From contig NC_067403.1 in assembly GCF_016432865.1 (NCBI RefSeq), positions 20,956,001 to 21,020,000 on the forward strand: a DNA stretch of 64,000 bases, given 5' to 3'. Positions within the stretch are counted from its first letter, which is position 1, and each line of letters begins with the position of its first letter. Shown here in pieces: positions 1 through 14,060 of the stretch. The position numbers were made by a program, and so were the translations under genes. The notes under the pieces were generated by a model. The model had not been told where the DNA came from and made no database searches. It saw nothing but the letters and a program-made list of their open reading frames with translations. Source of the stretch: Antechinus flavipes (lineage: Eukaryota).

Positions 1-308
1 TTTTCAGCTTAAATATTTTGGTACCAATTAACCAGCAATTTTGATGCTATGCTATTTCTCATAATCCCAAACTGCTGTTGGAAAATGACCTCAAGCTTAG
101 GGTTTTCTAAGCATTGGAGATAGAAGATGAAAGAAGAAATTCAATTTGACTTCAACAATCCATTTCAGTCGAACTTTAAACAAATATATTCATTAGGTGC
201 CTATTATTTGCAAAATACTACTATTTGATAGAGATGAAAATGTAATTACAAGGCAATTCATGCCTTCAAAAAATCTAATGGATAAGGAGTATATGACTTA
301 AAGATTTG

Positions 309-380
309 CACACATATATATGTGCATACATAATACATATACATATATATGGTGTATATATATATATATATATATATTAT
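309..380. repeat. (TA)n/(CA)n-rich microsatellite
   Basis: Directly visible alternating TA/CA run. Confidence 0.9.
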
Positions 381-389
381 AATGTCACT

Positions 390-1720
390 TCTATAAAGAA
401 TGATGTGTGGGGGAGAAGGAAAACCAGACAAGTTACTTTGGGACAGTTAAAAGAGAGTAGAGAACATTTTTAAATGGGGAAAGACAGGGAACATTAGTAC
501 TTGAACTAAGTCTTTAAACTCTCTGGGAAGTGAAAATGATGAGAGTGCATTCTGGGCATGGGAAGGGATTTTATAAATGCAGAATAGTTGGTGGTAGCAT
601 ACTGAGATGGGTAAACAGGTAATCTAGTTTGTCTAGAGTATAGCTCATTCAAAGAGAAAGTAATATAAAATAAAACTGGAAAAATAGTTTGCCAAATATC
701 GAAAGGCTTCATTATGCTAAAGAATTTGTACATCCCCTGATTCTCCCCTTCCCCACTATAGACAGAAAAAAAAAATTGCCTAAGGCTTTTGAGTAGGGCA
801 ATGGCATAGTCAGACCTGTTTTTATGAAGATTATTTTGACATTTATTGAAAGTTTGATTGCAGAGGAGACAGATAAGCTGACTATACAGAAAGAAAAAAA
901 AAATTAAACAGCTATTGTAATTGTTGAGGCAAGAACCACAAAAGTAATACTTGCAAGGGACTCGAGAAGGGACCTTAGAGAAACTCTTGATAGTAGAGTC
1001 CATATGGCTTAATAATGTATTAGATTGGGGGAGCTGATCAAAGAGAGACTGAGTTTTTGAATTGCATAACTGAAAGAATAGTGCCATCAACAGAAATAAG
1101 AAAGTTGGGAGACAAGACAGTTTTAGAAGGGAGAATGATGGTTTGTACTGAAAATGTGCTGGCTCTGAAGCACCAGTTAACTCTCCAGGTGACAATACCT
1201 AGTTAGCAATGAAATATTTCAGTTTAGGGCTTAGGACACATAGATTAGGGTTAAATCCATGGATTTGGGCATCATCTACAGAGATGTAGTAATAGAATCT
1301 ATAGAAGTACATGAATAAACCAAAGAATATAGTGTAGAAAAGAAAAGAAAGACCAGGATCATTATCACCACACGTGGTGAATAGGAGAAGGACATTTTCA
1401 TTAAAGAAGAGTTGACAAAAAAATGTCAAAACAGTTATTACATAAATGAGGAGATGGTAATGGACACTAAGAAAGACAAGAGAATTAAGAGAATTCTTTT
1501 TTAAAAAGCTGCAAAGTGATATTGATAAAAGAAACTGGATTTAGTGACGCTTGCCAATACTATTTCAATAGATTGGGGTGTTTTGCAAGTCAGATTTCAA
1601 AGGTAAAGAATTCACTATTGAGATGTAAAAAAAGCAAAAAGTGTCTTTGCTCTTTTTACCATTAGAGTAGGAAAAGAGAGAGAAAGAAAACAGAATTTAA
1701 GTGCTTCCAACTGCTTTTTT
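390..1720 (-). mobile_element. Decayed L2 LINE (ORF2 3' half)
   Basis: The minus strand resembles L2 RT-region sequence, with 'ISVDDAQI' in ORF 1199..1429 matching the L2 'LYADDSQI' motif. The 229-aa ORF 506..1195 lies within it. Confidence 0.8.
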
Positions 1721-2469
1721 CTTTTTTTTACTATACAGCATGAATTTTTAAAAACATAAAAAAAAATTAGCCTTTCCAAATCCATCATGTTTTAGTTTTC
1801 TCACTACTTTGTTGATTCAAACTTGGTTATGTTTTTACTACACTTGTATCTTAAAAAATGCCTTCTTCCTGGTCCAAACTCATGGACATGTTCCAGAAAA
1901 TTTTTTTTCATTAAAAATTCAGTGGTACTTTTCCAAAATTGTCAGATAACGTAAATTAGAAGGGAGGAAGAAAAACCTGTTCTTTGTAGATTCTACTATC
2001 CTATACTAAATCTGTAAACACACACAATATTCACATTATTGATCTAAGATAGCTACATAACTGGTAATTATACATTGTATACGCAGTTGTACTGAGGAAC
2101 ATGTTTCAAGCAATTTAATATGAACATTAGGGTGTCTTTACCAGATTTTTACTCTTTTTCCTGGAAAGTTCTAATGATCAAAGATCCAGGGATTAGTATG
2201 AATTTATACTTACTAATTGTGACCTTTTTTCCCAACATGTAGTTCTTATAGTAAACTACTTTAAGGGGAAAAAGTTTTCCTAATTAAATACTCTATTCCC
2301 TTTTCACAACTTGTCAAATATGGAAATGATACTGTGTTTTTACTGTTCCATATTGGTTTATTTAAATCAGTATTTTAAGACATAATTTAGGTTTTTTATA
2401 TTTAAACCCAATCATTATCATTTTGATGTGTTAGAAAAGCAGCCACTGTCAGAAGCTTTTGGTGAGAGG

Positions 2470-2690
2470 GAATGTTATATAAGAGAGGCCTGGGTTTTGA
2501 GTTTGAAGTCAGTCTTACTGACATTAAGTAGTGACTATGAACCTTTTTGAACCCCAGTTTTACAAATTGTGAAAAACAGATAATAATGCTTGCATTACTT
2601 GCCTCATAGGATTGTTTAGAAGAGGGAGAGAAGGTTTTTGTAATTGATAAAACATTCAATAAATATGAGTTATTATTATTAATCATATAA
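2470..2690 (+). mobile_element. MIR SINE fragment
   Basis: CORE-like 'ccccagttttacaaattgtgaaaaacagataataatgcttgcattacttgcctcataggattgtt'. Confidence 0.65.
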
Positions 2691-3309
2691 TCAATATGAT
2701 TATCAAGAATCAATAACAAAAAGGTTGAAATGGTAAATTGCCCTACCAAAATGAGGTGATTGTTAAGATATAGTCCCCGTTTTAAGATCATAAAGCTTCC
2801 AGAGGTAGTGACAAATTTACAACAAGAGATTCACCTGAGGAATAATTTTGATGTGTTCTTAAAGTGGCCATGGGGAAATGTTTTTTCTATTATCTATATC
2901 CTTTTGATGACATCAATTTTTTTTCATTAAGATTCATAAGTTAAACATTTTGACACTCAAAAGTCCTAAGAAATCTTAAGTAGATGATCTTTGTAGAATA
3001 TCTTCTTTTTGAAGTTTTTGTTATTAAAACACCCTATGTTGTAGTATATTTTTAAATAAAGAAAAAAATTAAAGTAGATATGAACTTAACATGATTGAGT
3101 TGACTAAAAAAACAACGATCCCAACACCAAAAAATAATTGTTAATTACTTCTTATAAGTAAATCTGTGAGACTAGAATTAATTTTTTTAGGACTATTTTA
3201 GGAGCTCTTTTGTTGGGTATTGTCATGTCCTAAAAGCAAATACAGGAAAAAAAAAGAGAGGAAATAGTTTTGGCAAGGAGATGCTAGTATGGAACTTTGG
3301 CTATCGTCA

Positions 3310-3435
3310 TTTGATTGTAAGTTCCTCATTGGATTGCAAACTTTTTTGAGCTTAGGTATTATTTTTTCTATCCCAGTGCTTAGCACAGTGCCTGTTAAAT
3401 AGTAGGCACTTAATAAATGTTTATTGATTTGAATT
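3310..3435 (+). mobile_element. L2 3' end
   Basis: 'cccagtgcttagcacagtgcctgttaaatagtaggcacttaataaatgtttattga' is the typical L2 terminus. Confidence 0.8.
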
Positions 3436-4894
3436 TGACACCTGTCCTGAAGCAATGTGTTGTTTAATTTGTCTTATTCAATGATTTTAGCAAAATAGTG
3501 TGGTATGGGCTCCTGGAGGAGCTTTAATTCTTACCAACATGGAAGTCAAGACAGTTATACATGGATCCCTTTTGACTTGAGCTTTACAAGGATTGACCCT
3601 GTCTTAAGTCTAATGTAAATTCTAAATCAGTTCCTTTGTATTTTACCCCCTATGCCAGGTGGGCCCTCCTTCCTTGGAACTTAACGTAAAACAGGTTTGA
3701 TGATGTTGTGACCTGGAAATTCCTTGATATATGTTTTTCTCCTTGAGTTATTGAATCTTTTGACACAATATTCACTAATAATCATGATAAAAAATTTTGG
3801 TCAATAACAAATGTTTGTCTTGAATAGAAAGAGTGGTTTTGGTGGCAGACACTATTTAAATGCCCAGTAGAATATTTCATTGTCATAGTAAATCTGCTTT
3901 TAATCTGTTTTGCTTATTCCTTATAATTTTTTTTTTTGCTATTTTCAACTTTATTCAATTTAAGAATAAAAGTTGTACTTCCTGTGAAAATTAATTTATT
4001 AGAGAATAAACATTAGTTAGAGCCAATATTAAATATTATAATGAGATTTCTTAAAAGTCATAATCATTATATGCATCTCAGAAATATCATTTCTAAGGGG
4101 AAGTTCCCTTAAAAATAATTTTGAGCTAAATTTAAACAAGGAAAATAACTCTACTGAATATAGATCAAAGTATTCTCTATTTCTCTATCTTTTTATTTTT
4201 AACTTAATTTTTTGAGGATTTTTATTTTCATTAGGGTGGGAGATCTATGTTTTCTTTCACAACTTGACTTTTATGGAAATGTGTTGTGTAACTTCCTATT
4301 GGCTTCTTGATTATGGGTGGAGATAAGGGAGAGAAACTAGAACTCAAAAATCTGAAAAAATATAAAACAAATTGAATGTAGGTGGGAGAAAATATTAAAT
4401 AAATAAAATTTAACAAAGAAAACAAGAAAGGAAAAGAACTCAATGTCCCATTATAAATGGAAAGTGATTTTTAATTATGTTTATTAATTATGTTTATTTT
4501 TTTTATACTGGGAGAGGGGATCAAGAATACTGTTGTTTTTAAGCCCTTTATTGTTTCATCTAGAAGATATGAAAATCTTGGAAGGGCAGTATGATATAAT
4601 CCATTTCTGATTTATCTCTGCCAAAGCCTGAGATGTGAAGTCACTCCCCCTTCAAGGGGTCTAAGTTTTCTCTCGTAGGTAAAGTAAGGCAGATGCTCTG
4701 GAACTCTGGAGGAAGCTAAGGTGTTGATATTTATTGAGCTATTAGTTCCTCTTTTAGGAGGAACTTTATATTTTAGATATATTTAATATTATAATATATA
4801 CGTTATATAATAAATATAATATATTATATATGTTTACATAATATATTTACTTTATATGCTTTGTATCTATCTTGCATCCATTATTTATATGTTG

Positions 4895-5010
4895 CCATAC
4901 CTATTAGCATATGAGCTTCTTGAAGATCCAGGCAATGTTTTTGCTTTTCTTTGTTTTCTCAGCACTTAATGATAAATACTTAAATGCTTGTTGACGGACA
5001 GAATGACTGA
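4895..5010 (+). mobile_element. L2 3' end, decayed
   Basis: 'atgagcttcttgaag...cagcacttaat...taaatgcttgttgac'. Confidence 0.6.
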
Positions 5011-6929
5011 TATACAAACAGTTTGATTAGCAAGTTTAATAAGAACCCGTGATAAGCAAAATAGCAAACTAACATGCATGATGGGGCAATAGAATGTAGT
5101 GCAGAAAAAATGAAAGGCTTATTAAAATGTACAACTAATAAAAGATGTTGGACATGTAAAATCAACAGTCCTTGGTATTAAAGAAGCATTGACTTATCCT
5201 GCATTTCTGGTTTTTAGGGACTGTGTATGGCTAATTTATTATTGAATGTTTTGCAAAGGAAACAAATTTGTCATTTGTTATATGCCATTCTTGAAGAAAG
5301 AAATGAACTGCACTCTTTCTCATGCCCTCTTAAGATGTCAGTGACTGAACAGATGCATAGAAAATTGAAAAAATTCTTGAGTCACCCATGTTAAATGTCC
5401 CAGTAGTATCCCAAACTGAGATGGCCTCTCATGGATTTCATTTACTTTGATGACGGCCTGGGCTCAGAACATCTAATTAAATTGGTGGCAGAAATGTTGT
5501 AATTTGGCACAGGTGCTAATAATTTCCAGAGGTGGTTTAATGAGATGCAGCCTTTTTCTTTCTTATCTGTGAAAAAAAGGACAAGTGCTGACAAAGGAAT
5601 ATGTTCAAACACCTTTTAGCCCCTTAAAAATGAACTATAATGACAATAGCTTACATTTGTATAACAAGTGACTTTTAACTCAAGCCCTCCCTAATCAGTA
5701 GCTTTACTTTTTAAAAATTTTATTTTGTTTTATAAATCTTTAAAAGTAGCCAGATTTGTAAGTGCAATTGTTTCCTAAAGCATAGCTATTTTCTATCATC
5801 TCATTTTTGTTTAATTGTTAATTGAAGTGATTTATTACACCTACGTATATAATCCATTTATAAGAAATACCCTCTTTCTATTTCTATTCCTAACATATCT
5901 GGTTCATTCATGTACTTTTTTTTTTCAGTGACTTTGGAACACGTTCCACAATCCCTTTCTCTAAATTGAGCTGCAATCGTCATTAAAACATAACTCTTCT
6001 AACATCCTGGATCACAAAACACTTCAACCTGTGAAAAATCCAAAGGCCTACTTCATCCCAATCCATCCATCAACTCTCATGGAAACTTTTTAGACTTCAC
6101 TATTTCTTAAAACTGACCATTTTAAAGACCCCAAACTTTATAATTCCATTCTATCTCGTCGCTACACAGCTCCACGCATCTGCTCTGTTCATACTAAATG
6201 TTTGCCATGATCAAACACTTGATTTTTTTTTTTTACCATACATGGCTCTAACTATATTTCTTTTCTTTCCTTATCCCACTGAACACTAAGCATTCTCATT
6301 GTGGAAGATCCTCCTTACAGGATATGTTCTACTCTAAAATTTCTTGGTTCCTCCTTCCTTTATCTTAGCTAATTTTATCCACTACAATACATTAACATAT
6401 AATCAAGATTAGGATTTTGATGCTGCTCAACATTCTATTCTTCCATTTATATATCCTTGTCTCATTTAAAATATATTTTCTTCCTAAATGTTTTCATTTA
6501 TCCTTAAGACATCTTACTTAAAGTCGGTAACTTAACCGTCTTCATACTTGATTAAAGAGATTCTGGGCATCTGACTAAAGTCTTTCCAGTTCCACTCCAT
6601 TAATCAAAACTCCTCATTGCTTTCCTTTCTGTTCCTATTCCCTCTGCCCACAGAAATGTTATCTAATTGTTTTTAAATCTAGTTTCTATATCTGTGGTAT
6701 TGAAATACCAAAGAATTATATTTTCCATCAATAGGAAATAGGTGAAAATGACAGTGAGATGAAACTATTGATTGGATATTTAGGCCAGATTGTTCTAGTG
6801 GTAATAGCTATTCAAGGAACCTTAACCCAATCATTAGAATTCATATTGTTTGTCCATACTCTACCCACTTCTCATGAGAATGAAAGCAATTAGAAATTCC
6901 TATTATATGACAAGGCAGCTACATGAAGA

Positions 6930-7137
6930 AGTGGATAGTGAAGAAATGGATAAAGGCAGAAAAGCCTGATTTCAAATTTGATCCCAGACACTTATTAGCT
7001 ATAACTCTCTTACCTCTGCTTTCTTTAGTCTCTCCTTCTATAAAATGAGCAACAGAAGTTAATAACAAACCACTCTAGTATCTTTGCCAAGAAAACCCCA
7101 AATGGGATCAAGAAGAATTGGACACAACTGAACAACA
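6930..7137 (+). mobile_element. MAR1-type marsupial SINE
   Basis: Diagnostic tail 'aaaccactctagtatctttgccaagaaaaccccaaatgggatcaagaagaattggacacaactgaacaac'. Confidence 0.85.
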
Positions 7138-7429
7138 TTCTATGGTATAAATACTACAGTTGCCTGTTATACATGCCAGGCTCTACATTATTTCTCTTGG
7201 GAACAAAGTCTTTTGGGTAGTCAATTATTAACAACTTAGAAGGATTTTGAGGAAATTCCCTATCTGCTCATCTTTTCTGGTTTCTGGAGTTATCTCTAAG
7301 GGATTTCCTGGATCCTGAAAGAAAAATGTGATCTTGATCCTAGATAAAAAATAGACTCAGTTTCTAAATAAAGGAGGTACTGGACCACTGGATACAGAAC
7401 TGAGTAGAATCATAATAATCATATGGCAA

Positions 7430-7590
7430 TATGATATTACATTTAGAGCTGGATAGGACTTTAAATAGTATCTACTCAGATAGTTTCATTTTATAGATAA
7501 GGAAATAATGGATCAAAGATGAGGGCTATAGTAACATAGGCAGTAATTAGCACAGCTGAAAATTTGAATCCATTCAAACATTCCTGGCTG
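7430..7590 (-). mobile_element. MIR3-like SINE
   Basis: 'tttagagctggataggactttaaatagtatctact...cattttatagataaggaaa' is the reverse MIR3 pattern. Confidence 0.65.
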
Positions 7591-8709
7591 TATAAAAAAA
7601 AGTGATCGTTAAAATAACTTGCCCTTCAAAAATACTTATTTTTTGCCAGAATTTGGAGATTTAGGGGAAGATATGGAAGGGGGAGGCAGACCCGCTATCT
7701 GAGATATTTGCTTAATGCAACAAAGCAAACACTTCTCTAAAAATTCCTTGTCCCAAAAGAAGGTTGCTTATATAAGCCTCCATTTTAAATATACAAACAC
7801 ACAGCTACCTGATTACCACACATGTTTCTGTGGTTTAGTGCAGTCATTCAAATATGTTGTATGTCACATGTTGTTCCAGTAAAATGGAGTTGAAGCTTGA
7901 ATTGCTCAATAATGAACTTTTTTAAAACAGAAAGTCATATATAATTTGGTCATAATTTCACTTTATATGAATGAGTTACAAATCACACACACCACTTAAG
8001 TTGGAACTGAGGCCTAATTCTCTCTTTGTAAGAAACAAAAAAGAATAACAAAACAAGTAATCCAATGATAATACTCACTTCCAACAGTACTCCAAGGATT
8101 TTCATTATAAAACAATAAAAACAACCAAGTCATATAAGACCCTCCATCTCAAAAAGGGGAGAGGGGAAGATTATTTTTATTCTGATAAACAATTCCCAAA
8201 TAATGCATCTACAGGCACAGATTCAGAGAGTATGTATCTTTTTAAAATAATGAACTGCATCATTTGTTCTCATTGAAAATGGTTGCCACTTGGAAAAGAA
8301 CAACTTTTAAAAAAATGACTTTGAAAGTTTTTGTGAATTCTAATTACTTACAGCTTAGTGGCAGTAATTGAAAAGCTAATTTGTTTAGTAATGAACTTTA
8401 TCTACAACTGAAGGAGGCTACAAGTACATTACAGAATTCAAAAGTAATGACTTACTTTCCTGTTTAGAGAACAAAGTATGGCTTGAAATTATTTTTGCCA
8501 TTATTTAAATTGATGAATATTAAACATGCTTTGATCCTTATGTGTCTAGAATAAAACCAGGAATTTGAGGGTTAAGAGTTTTGCTCATCAGTAATCGTCA
8601 ATGGATATTATTACATCTGTTTCATTATAGACTTAATCATTCTCCTCTTCTATATCCAGTTACAAAATGCAATAATGAAGCACAAATAGTAACCAATGTA
8701 GTAAGTTGT

Positions 8710-9720
8710 GGATCCAAAAAAGATGTCATATTATCAAAGGTTTTTTAATGCTATGCTAAGGAATTTGAACTTCATTGGTTATTGAAGTTTTCAGTTCAGG
8801 GAGATTGTCATGATAGGGCACTCTATTTGAACAAGTTGGTGGAGGATGCTGGTGACAGATGGATAAACTAAGCAATTATTGCTAATACTCTGTTATATAA
8901 TGACATGGAGAGACTTATAATGGAAGGAGAAAGTATATCTTAGATACAGGGTCACACAAATATTATTTTGGCTGTGCCTAGTAATTTATGTTTTTTTTTT
9001 CCTAGTACTTATGATGAGTAAAAGGAAAAGGGATAAAAATAGATATTTATACTAACAAAAGAGCTCTCCACCAGACTTAGCTTAGAAATAATTGGATATA
9101 AATATTAGATTATGGATATATAAAAAAGAGTAGGGCATAAAAAGAGTAGGAATTAATGTTCATTTTCTGCCTTAACAAAAGATTACTTCTCACATCTCTC
9201 TCCAGATAATAACATAACTCTGCTGTAATAGAAAGATTAGGTCCCCTCACTTCTCCAAAGCAATCCTCTAAGAAGTCAGACTTTATGAGTGGTATACAAA
9301 TTTTGTTTTTGATTGCAGGAAACTAAAACTCCAATATCATCAAACTAATCTGGCATCTAAATTTGGGGGCATCCAACTGAATCCTCACCAAATCGGTGAA
9401 TTGACTATAAGTATTTAAATGTCGAAGTTGGAAAAAGTCAAAGATGATTTAATTTCGATTATAATGTGCTCTATTGATAAGAAAGGAAGAGTAGGTTTTC
9501 ATAAAAAGATAAAATGTTTTATTTAGGTTATTTATTGATTTTAATGTTTTAGAGGGTGTGAAACTCAAAACAGAAATATTTTGAGACATAAATTTAAGTC
9601 ATTTACATAGAACTGGCAGTAAAGACATGGGCATAAATAATGTACCCAAAAGAGAGACTCTATATAGGTATTTAAAAAAAAAGAAAAATGGAACTCTTCA
9701 AAATTCTATCCCTAACAAAG
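8710..9720 (-). mobile_element. Fragmented L2 LINE
   Basis: Purine-rich reverse-L2 wording ('aatgctatgctaaggaatttgaactt', 'tttaagtcatttacatagaactggcagtaaagacatggg'), interrupted near 9150-9400. Confidence 0.5.
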
Positions 9721-10351
9721 AAAATCCTATCCATAGGTAAGGTAAAAGAAGAACATAAATGAAATACAAAGGCATTGCTACTTCTTGGCATTGAGAATTT
9801 AGTAGGGAAGGTGTAGCAGTATTTATGTAACCAAGAAGAAAGGTTCCTTCTTATCTCCCAACATTTTTAAATCCATTGCCAAATAACATATGATTGTTTC
9901 CTCAAGATAACTACTGTTATTCTGTCTTAAGCCTTTCATTATCTCCTATATGACTATTTCCCCATTAAATATTTAATTACTATTACTATGTTATGCTAGA
10001 ATTTTGATTGCACCAAAGCTGTATAATAATACAAGAACCGGAATAGCTAGTTTTGTTGGTCACCTCCCAAAACACTCAAACTAAAATGTAATTTACAATC
10101 TGCATTTAAGAATATTTGGATATATCATGCATAATCATGTTATTTGTTTATAATTGGGCCTATCTGTGTCAGGCTATGGTAAATAATCAAGTAAGATCAA
10201 AGGAATTCTCTGCAATGGGGTACACCTTCCTTAAATGTCCAATATATAATTATGTGATTAAATGTTTAGGTAAATTAAAGCTGATGTGAAAATAAACATA
10301 ATTCCCTTGTGGTTCATATCCCTATGTAAGATTTTAAAATGTATTTTAAAG

Positions 10352-10645
10352 AAATGTAGTAATGCATGGTTATAATCTCAACTACTTAGGAAGGTAAAAT
10401 TGGTGGATCTCCTGAGTGTAGGAGCCCTGAGTTACAGTAGACTATATCAGTTGGGTATCTGTTCTAAGTTTGGTAGTAATATAATGAGAGGAATGATAAA
10501 AGATGAGAAAAAACAAATTATTCAAGAATGGGAAAACTCATCTAGGTCAGAAACAGCAATAAAGGTGTGAGCTACAATGGAAATCAGAAAAGAACAAGAT
10601 TGTGAATAGCTTTATCCATTGTAGCCTGGGCCAGAAGGGAGGGAG
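10352..10645 (+). pseudogene. 7SL (SRP RNA)-derived retrocopy, near full length and degenerate (P7SL-like)
   Basis: Collinear similarity to 7SL: 'tataatctcaactacttaggaagg' ~ TGTAGTCCCAGCTACTCGGGAGG; 'ctaagtttggtagtaatat' ~ CTAAGTTCGGCATCAATAT; 'ctaggtcagaaac' ~ CCAGGTCGGAAAC; 'tgtgaatagc...agcctgggc' ~ TGTGAATAGC...AGCCTGGGC. Confidence 0.85.
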
Positions 10646-11589
10646 AAGAAGAGAAATAAAGAGTGTATTGGAAAAAAAAATTGTAACATTTAGATGCTTC
10701 CTTTTTTTTTTTTAAAGTACCTGATATAAATATTTACAAGCTTCAAAATTCATTTTTTAAAAAATTAAATGATACCATATGGGGCATATGTTGACACATA
10801 GTAAAAATTCTGGAAACCTATAATTCTGTTCTTAATATTTCTGTACCATTTCATCATTTCCTTCAAGCTTTCACATCATCTTTCAGAAGAAAAAATAGGA
10901 CAACATTATCTTTATCAAGGAGATTAAAGAAAAATTATAAAATTACTCTTTCCCCTATTTTGTCCATTCAGTTATCACCTATCCCTGCCTGCATAGATAC
11001 AGCAATTAAATGTTTTCTGTTTTACTACAAAACTAATAGGAAAACTTCTTTTAAAATCTGTCTAATCTTGACACTAATGTTCAATTATTAGCTTTTTCCT
11101 ATTTATTTTCCTTTTATATGTAAGCCTAATCAGTCTCCCCTTATCCAGTAAATGAAAAGGGATAGTACAGATGACTGGAACAATAGGGACAATGAAAGAA
11201 AAGAAAACTTTTCAGTTTCTATTGGATTTCCCCTCTTAGGAGAAGACTCATTTTTTGGTAAAGGATAGAAAAATATTTTAATATTGTATTCAAATCTATA
11301 TTAAATAGGGGGTATGAATATTAGTAGGCAGCTCCTTATAACAGTTCAGTATAGCAAGAATAACTAAATTCATGATTCTGAAAGAACTTGTTCATATATA
11401 AATGCTATTAAAAAAAAAAACAAGGTTTACAAAAGCATATTATGTGTGTAGGCAGAAAACAAAACAAAACAAACCACAAAACCAATTTTCAAAAGGGGAG
11501 AAAAAAATAGATTCTAAAAGTTGTAAGGTAGTCAGTCTGACTACAATGTCTTTCAGAATCTTAGACCTTTAAAAAAAAAGAATGAAGAA

Positions 11590-12700
11590 AAGCATTGATC
11601 ACTATGAATTTATCAAAAACAATTGATTACAGACTAATTTTATCTGCTTTTTTTAAAAAAAATGGACCAGATTGCTAGATTGATGGAATGAAGTCATTTC
11701 ATAAATATTTCTCATTTCTGACATATTATTTAGATAAATTCATGGTTAGGTGGAATCATACTGGTTGAATGGCCAAACCTAAAGAAAAATAATATCTCCA
11801 TGTTATCCTGAAGAAATGACTTTTTTGATACAGTGACCTGGTATTCTCTTCTGGGTTCTGAACTATTTAATGGATGTAGGCATTAATGGAATTTGTTTCA
11901 AATTTGTAGGTAACAAAAAGCTGGAAGGGAAAACTAACCCAGTAGTTGATGAAACTTCTTCCAAAAATATCTCCATAGGATGAGCATAGTGTTCCACTTC
12001 TAATAAATGACACTAAATTCTGATAACTGAAAAGTACTAAAGTTAAGTATCAACAAATCAATCATACCAGTTCAATCTGGGAGGTATAGCTACATAACAG
12101 TCAGTGGGAAAAGATCTGTTGTTTTTAGCATTCTTAAAGCTTACTATGAATCAGTAATGTGAGCTGACCAACAAGTTAATAAAAACGTAGCGTGCCCCAC
12201 AAAGGATGTTATAGTCCTACTTTCAAAATGAGTTAGACCCTCCATCTGAAATCTTTGCTTAGAGAAAGTATTTGACATGGAGAAGTTATAGTGCTTCTAA
12301 AGGAGGGTTACTAGTCCAATGAAGAGCTTTGAAACCATATTATATGGGGATCAAGTGAAAGCATCTGGAACAGTTGACCTGAAGGAGAGATTTATGGAGA
12401 AGTAGGCAACTGTATTAAACCATCTTAAAGACTGGCATGTAGAAGAAAAATTAGACTTATTCTGTTTGACATTTAATGTCAGAACAAAGCATTATTGGTG
12501 AAAGCTGAATAGAAAAAGTTTGGAGGTTCACAAAAAAAAGTAATAATTTGACATGTCGAAAACTAAAATAGCTTCAAACCAAAGGTGACATGTTGCCGAT
12601 CTCTACATTTATTCCCTCATCTGTAATGTTATAAAGAGGATTCAACCTCAGGACTAAAGGGTCTCTACTGGCCTTTCTATATCTGAACTATTTTGACTCA
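11590..12700 (+). mobile_element. CR1/L3 LINE, decayed RT region and 3' end
   Basis: CR1-like segments 'ggttaggtggaatcatactggttgaatggcca', 'caaaaagctggaaggga', 'catgtagaagaaaaattagacttattctg'. Confidence 0.75.
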
Positions 12701-13399
12701 CAACTCAACACATATCATTTATTACTTTCAATTGTAAAAGCTTCAGAGTAGCCTTTGCCTTCCACTCCTGTTATCTCACCATCAACTTTCTCTTTGTTTC
12801 CTCTAATATTTAAAGACAGTATTGTAACTGGTTATACATTTGTCTAAAAATTTAAGAAAATGGTTACATAGAGTTGATTTGTATTATTTGAGACTAATAG
12901 TCTAAACTATAGGCTATTTAAAGAACATATCTTTAAAGTATTATATTTTTGAAAAGAAAAAATATAAATGCAAGTAAAAATTGACTCTAATTGTAGCTTC
13001 CAATCAAGGTTTACTTAAGTCAGATTTGAGATATAAATTTGCAAGAAATATAACATATTTTTCTTTTTAACCTTTTTGACTTATTGTACTTTGGGTATTA
13101 TCTTAGCTTTACATCCTTGTGTCTTTTTCGTCATAGAACTTAAGATCAGAGGATGATATAATTTGATCTTAGAGGGATTCATCTTGTTGAGGACCCTTAT
13201 TCTACACCTCTACTTACACTGCAGCTGATGCAGGTTCCCCAGTACTCTGCTATAAATCACTACAATATTATTTCTGGGGGAAATTCAATAAGTGTAGTTT
13301 TGGTTTTCCCTTTATTTTATCATTGCTATTCCCTATCTCCATTAGAATTTCATTATACACCTTCAGGTGAATGAGTGATATTCAGCTTTACAAGTTTCA

Positions 13400-14060
13400 A
13401 CCCAACTTGTTTCCAGTTTTTGGTACTGTCTAGTTTATCAAAGGTATAATTAATTAAATACTGAGTATCATATCTAACTCAGCAACTTAAAAATCCAAAT
13501 CTCAGTCTACTCTTGTGCATAGACTCTTGTAGCTAATTTCTCAAATACATGCTATTGATCAATAGCAACATTGTTCTATCAGCTTTCAAGTTAGAAAGCA
13601 TATGATACTTTTGAACTTGTTCATTTTTATTTTCCATATCTAGCTTATTATTATGACACTGGAAATTTATTCTCCAACACATTCCTAGATCTTTCTGCAA
13701 TCTTTATTCCTTATCGTAATTATTTAGGGGCTACAGAATTATGATTTGTTCATCTCTGGTTTCTCTGAGACTCCCATCCCTTTAAATCAGTCATTAATTC
13801 AGAAGTGGCAATCATTTTTTTCCCTCTTCCTCCTCCTTCATTTTATCATCATAATTATCATTATTATTGTTATTATGAAAAACATCTGGAGTTAGCAATC
13901 ACTGTTAACATGTACTTGATTTTCATTCTCCTACTAGAAATCATATTTTTAAAAAATCTTCAAATGTTTGCAATTTTCTCTCACCCTGAGAAGTAATATT
14001 AATTTCTTATTTTTTCATACTCTAAGTAGTTCATCTCCCTTGAATTTCTAACCATTTCTA
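13400..14060 (+). mobile_element. Highly decayed L2 fragment
   Basis: Pyrimidine-rich segments in L2 ORF2 order; weak similarity only. Confidence 0.4.

Noticed and set aside
506-1195. Longest ORF (229 aa, minus strand)
   Set aside because: It lies wholly within a decayed L2, is largely off the L2 reading frame, and resembles no protein I recognise.
8451-8485. Apparent 4-nt minus-strand micro-exon (cag|GAAA|gtaagt)
   Set aside because: Not frame-preserving, has no supporting context, and is plausible by chance.
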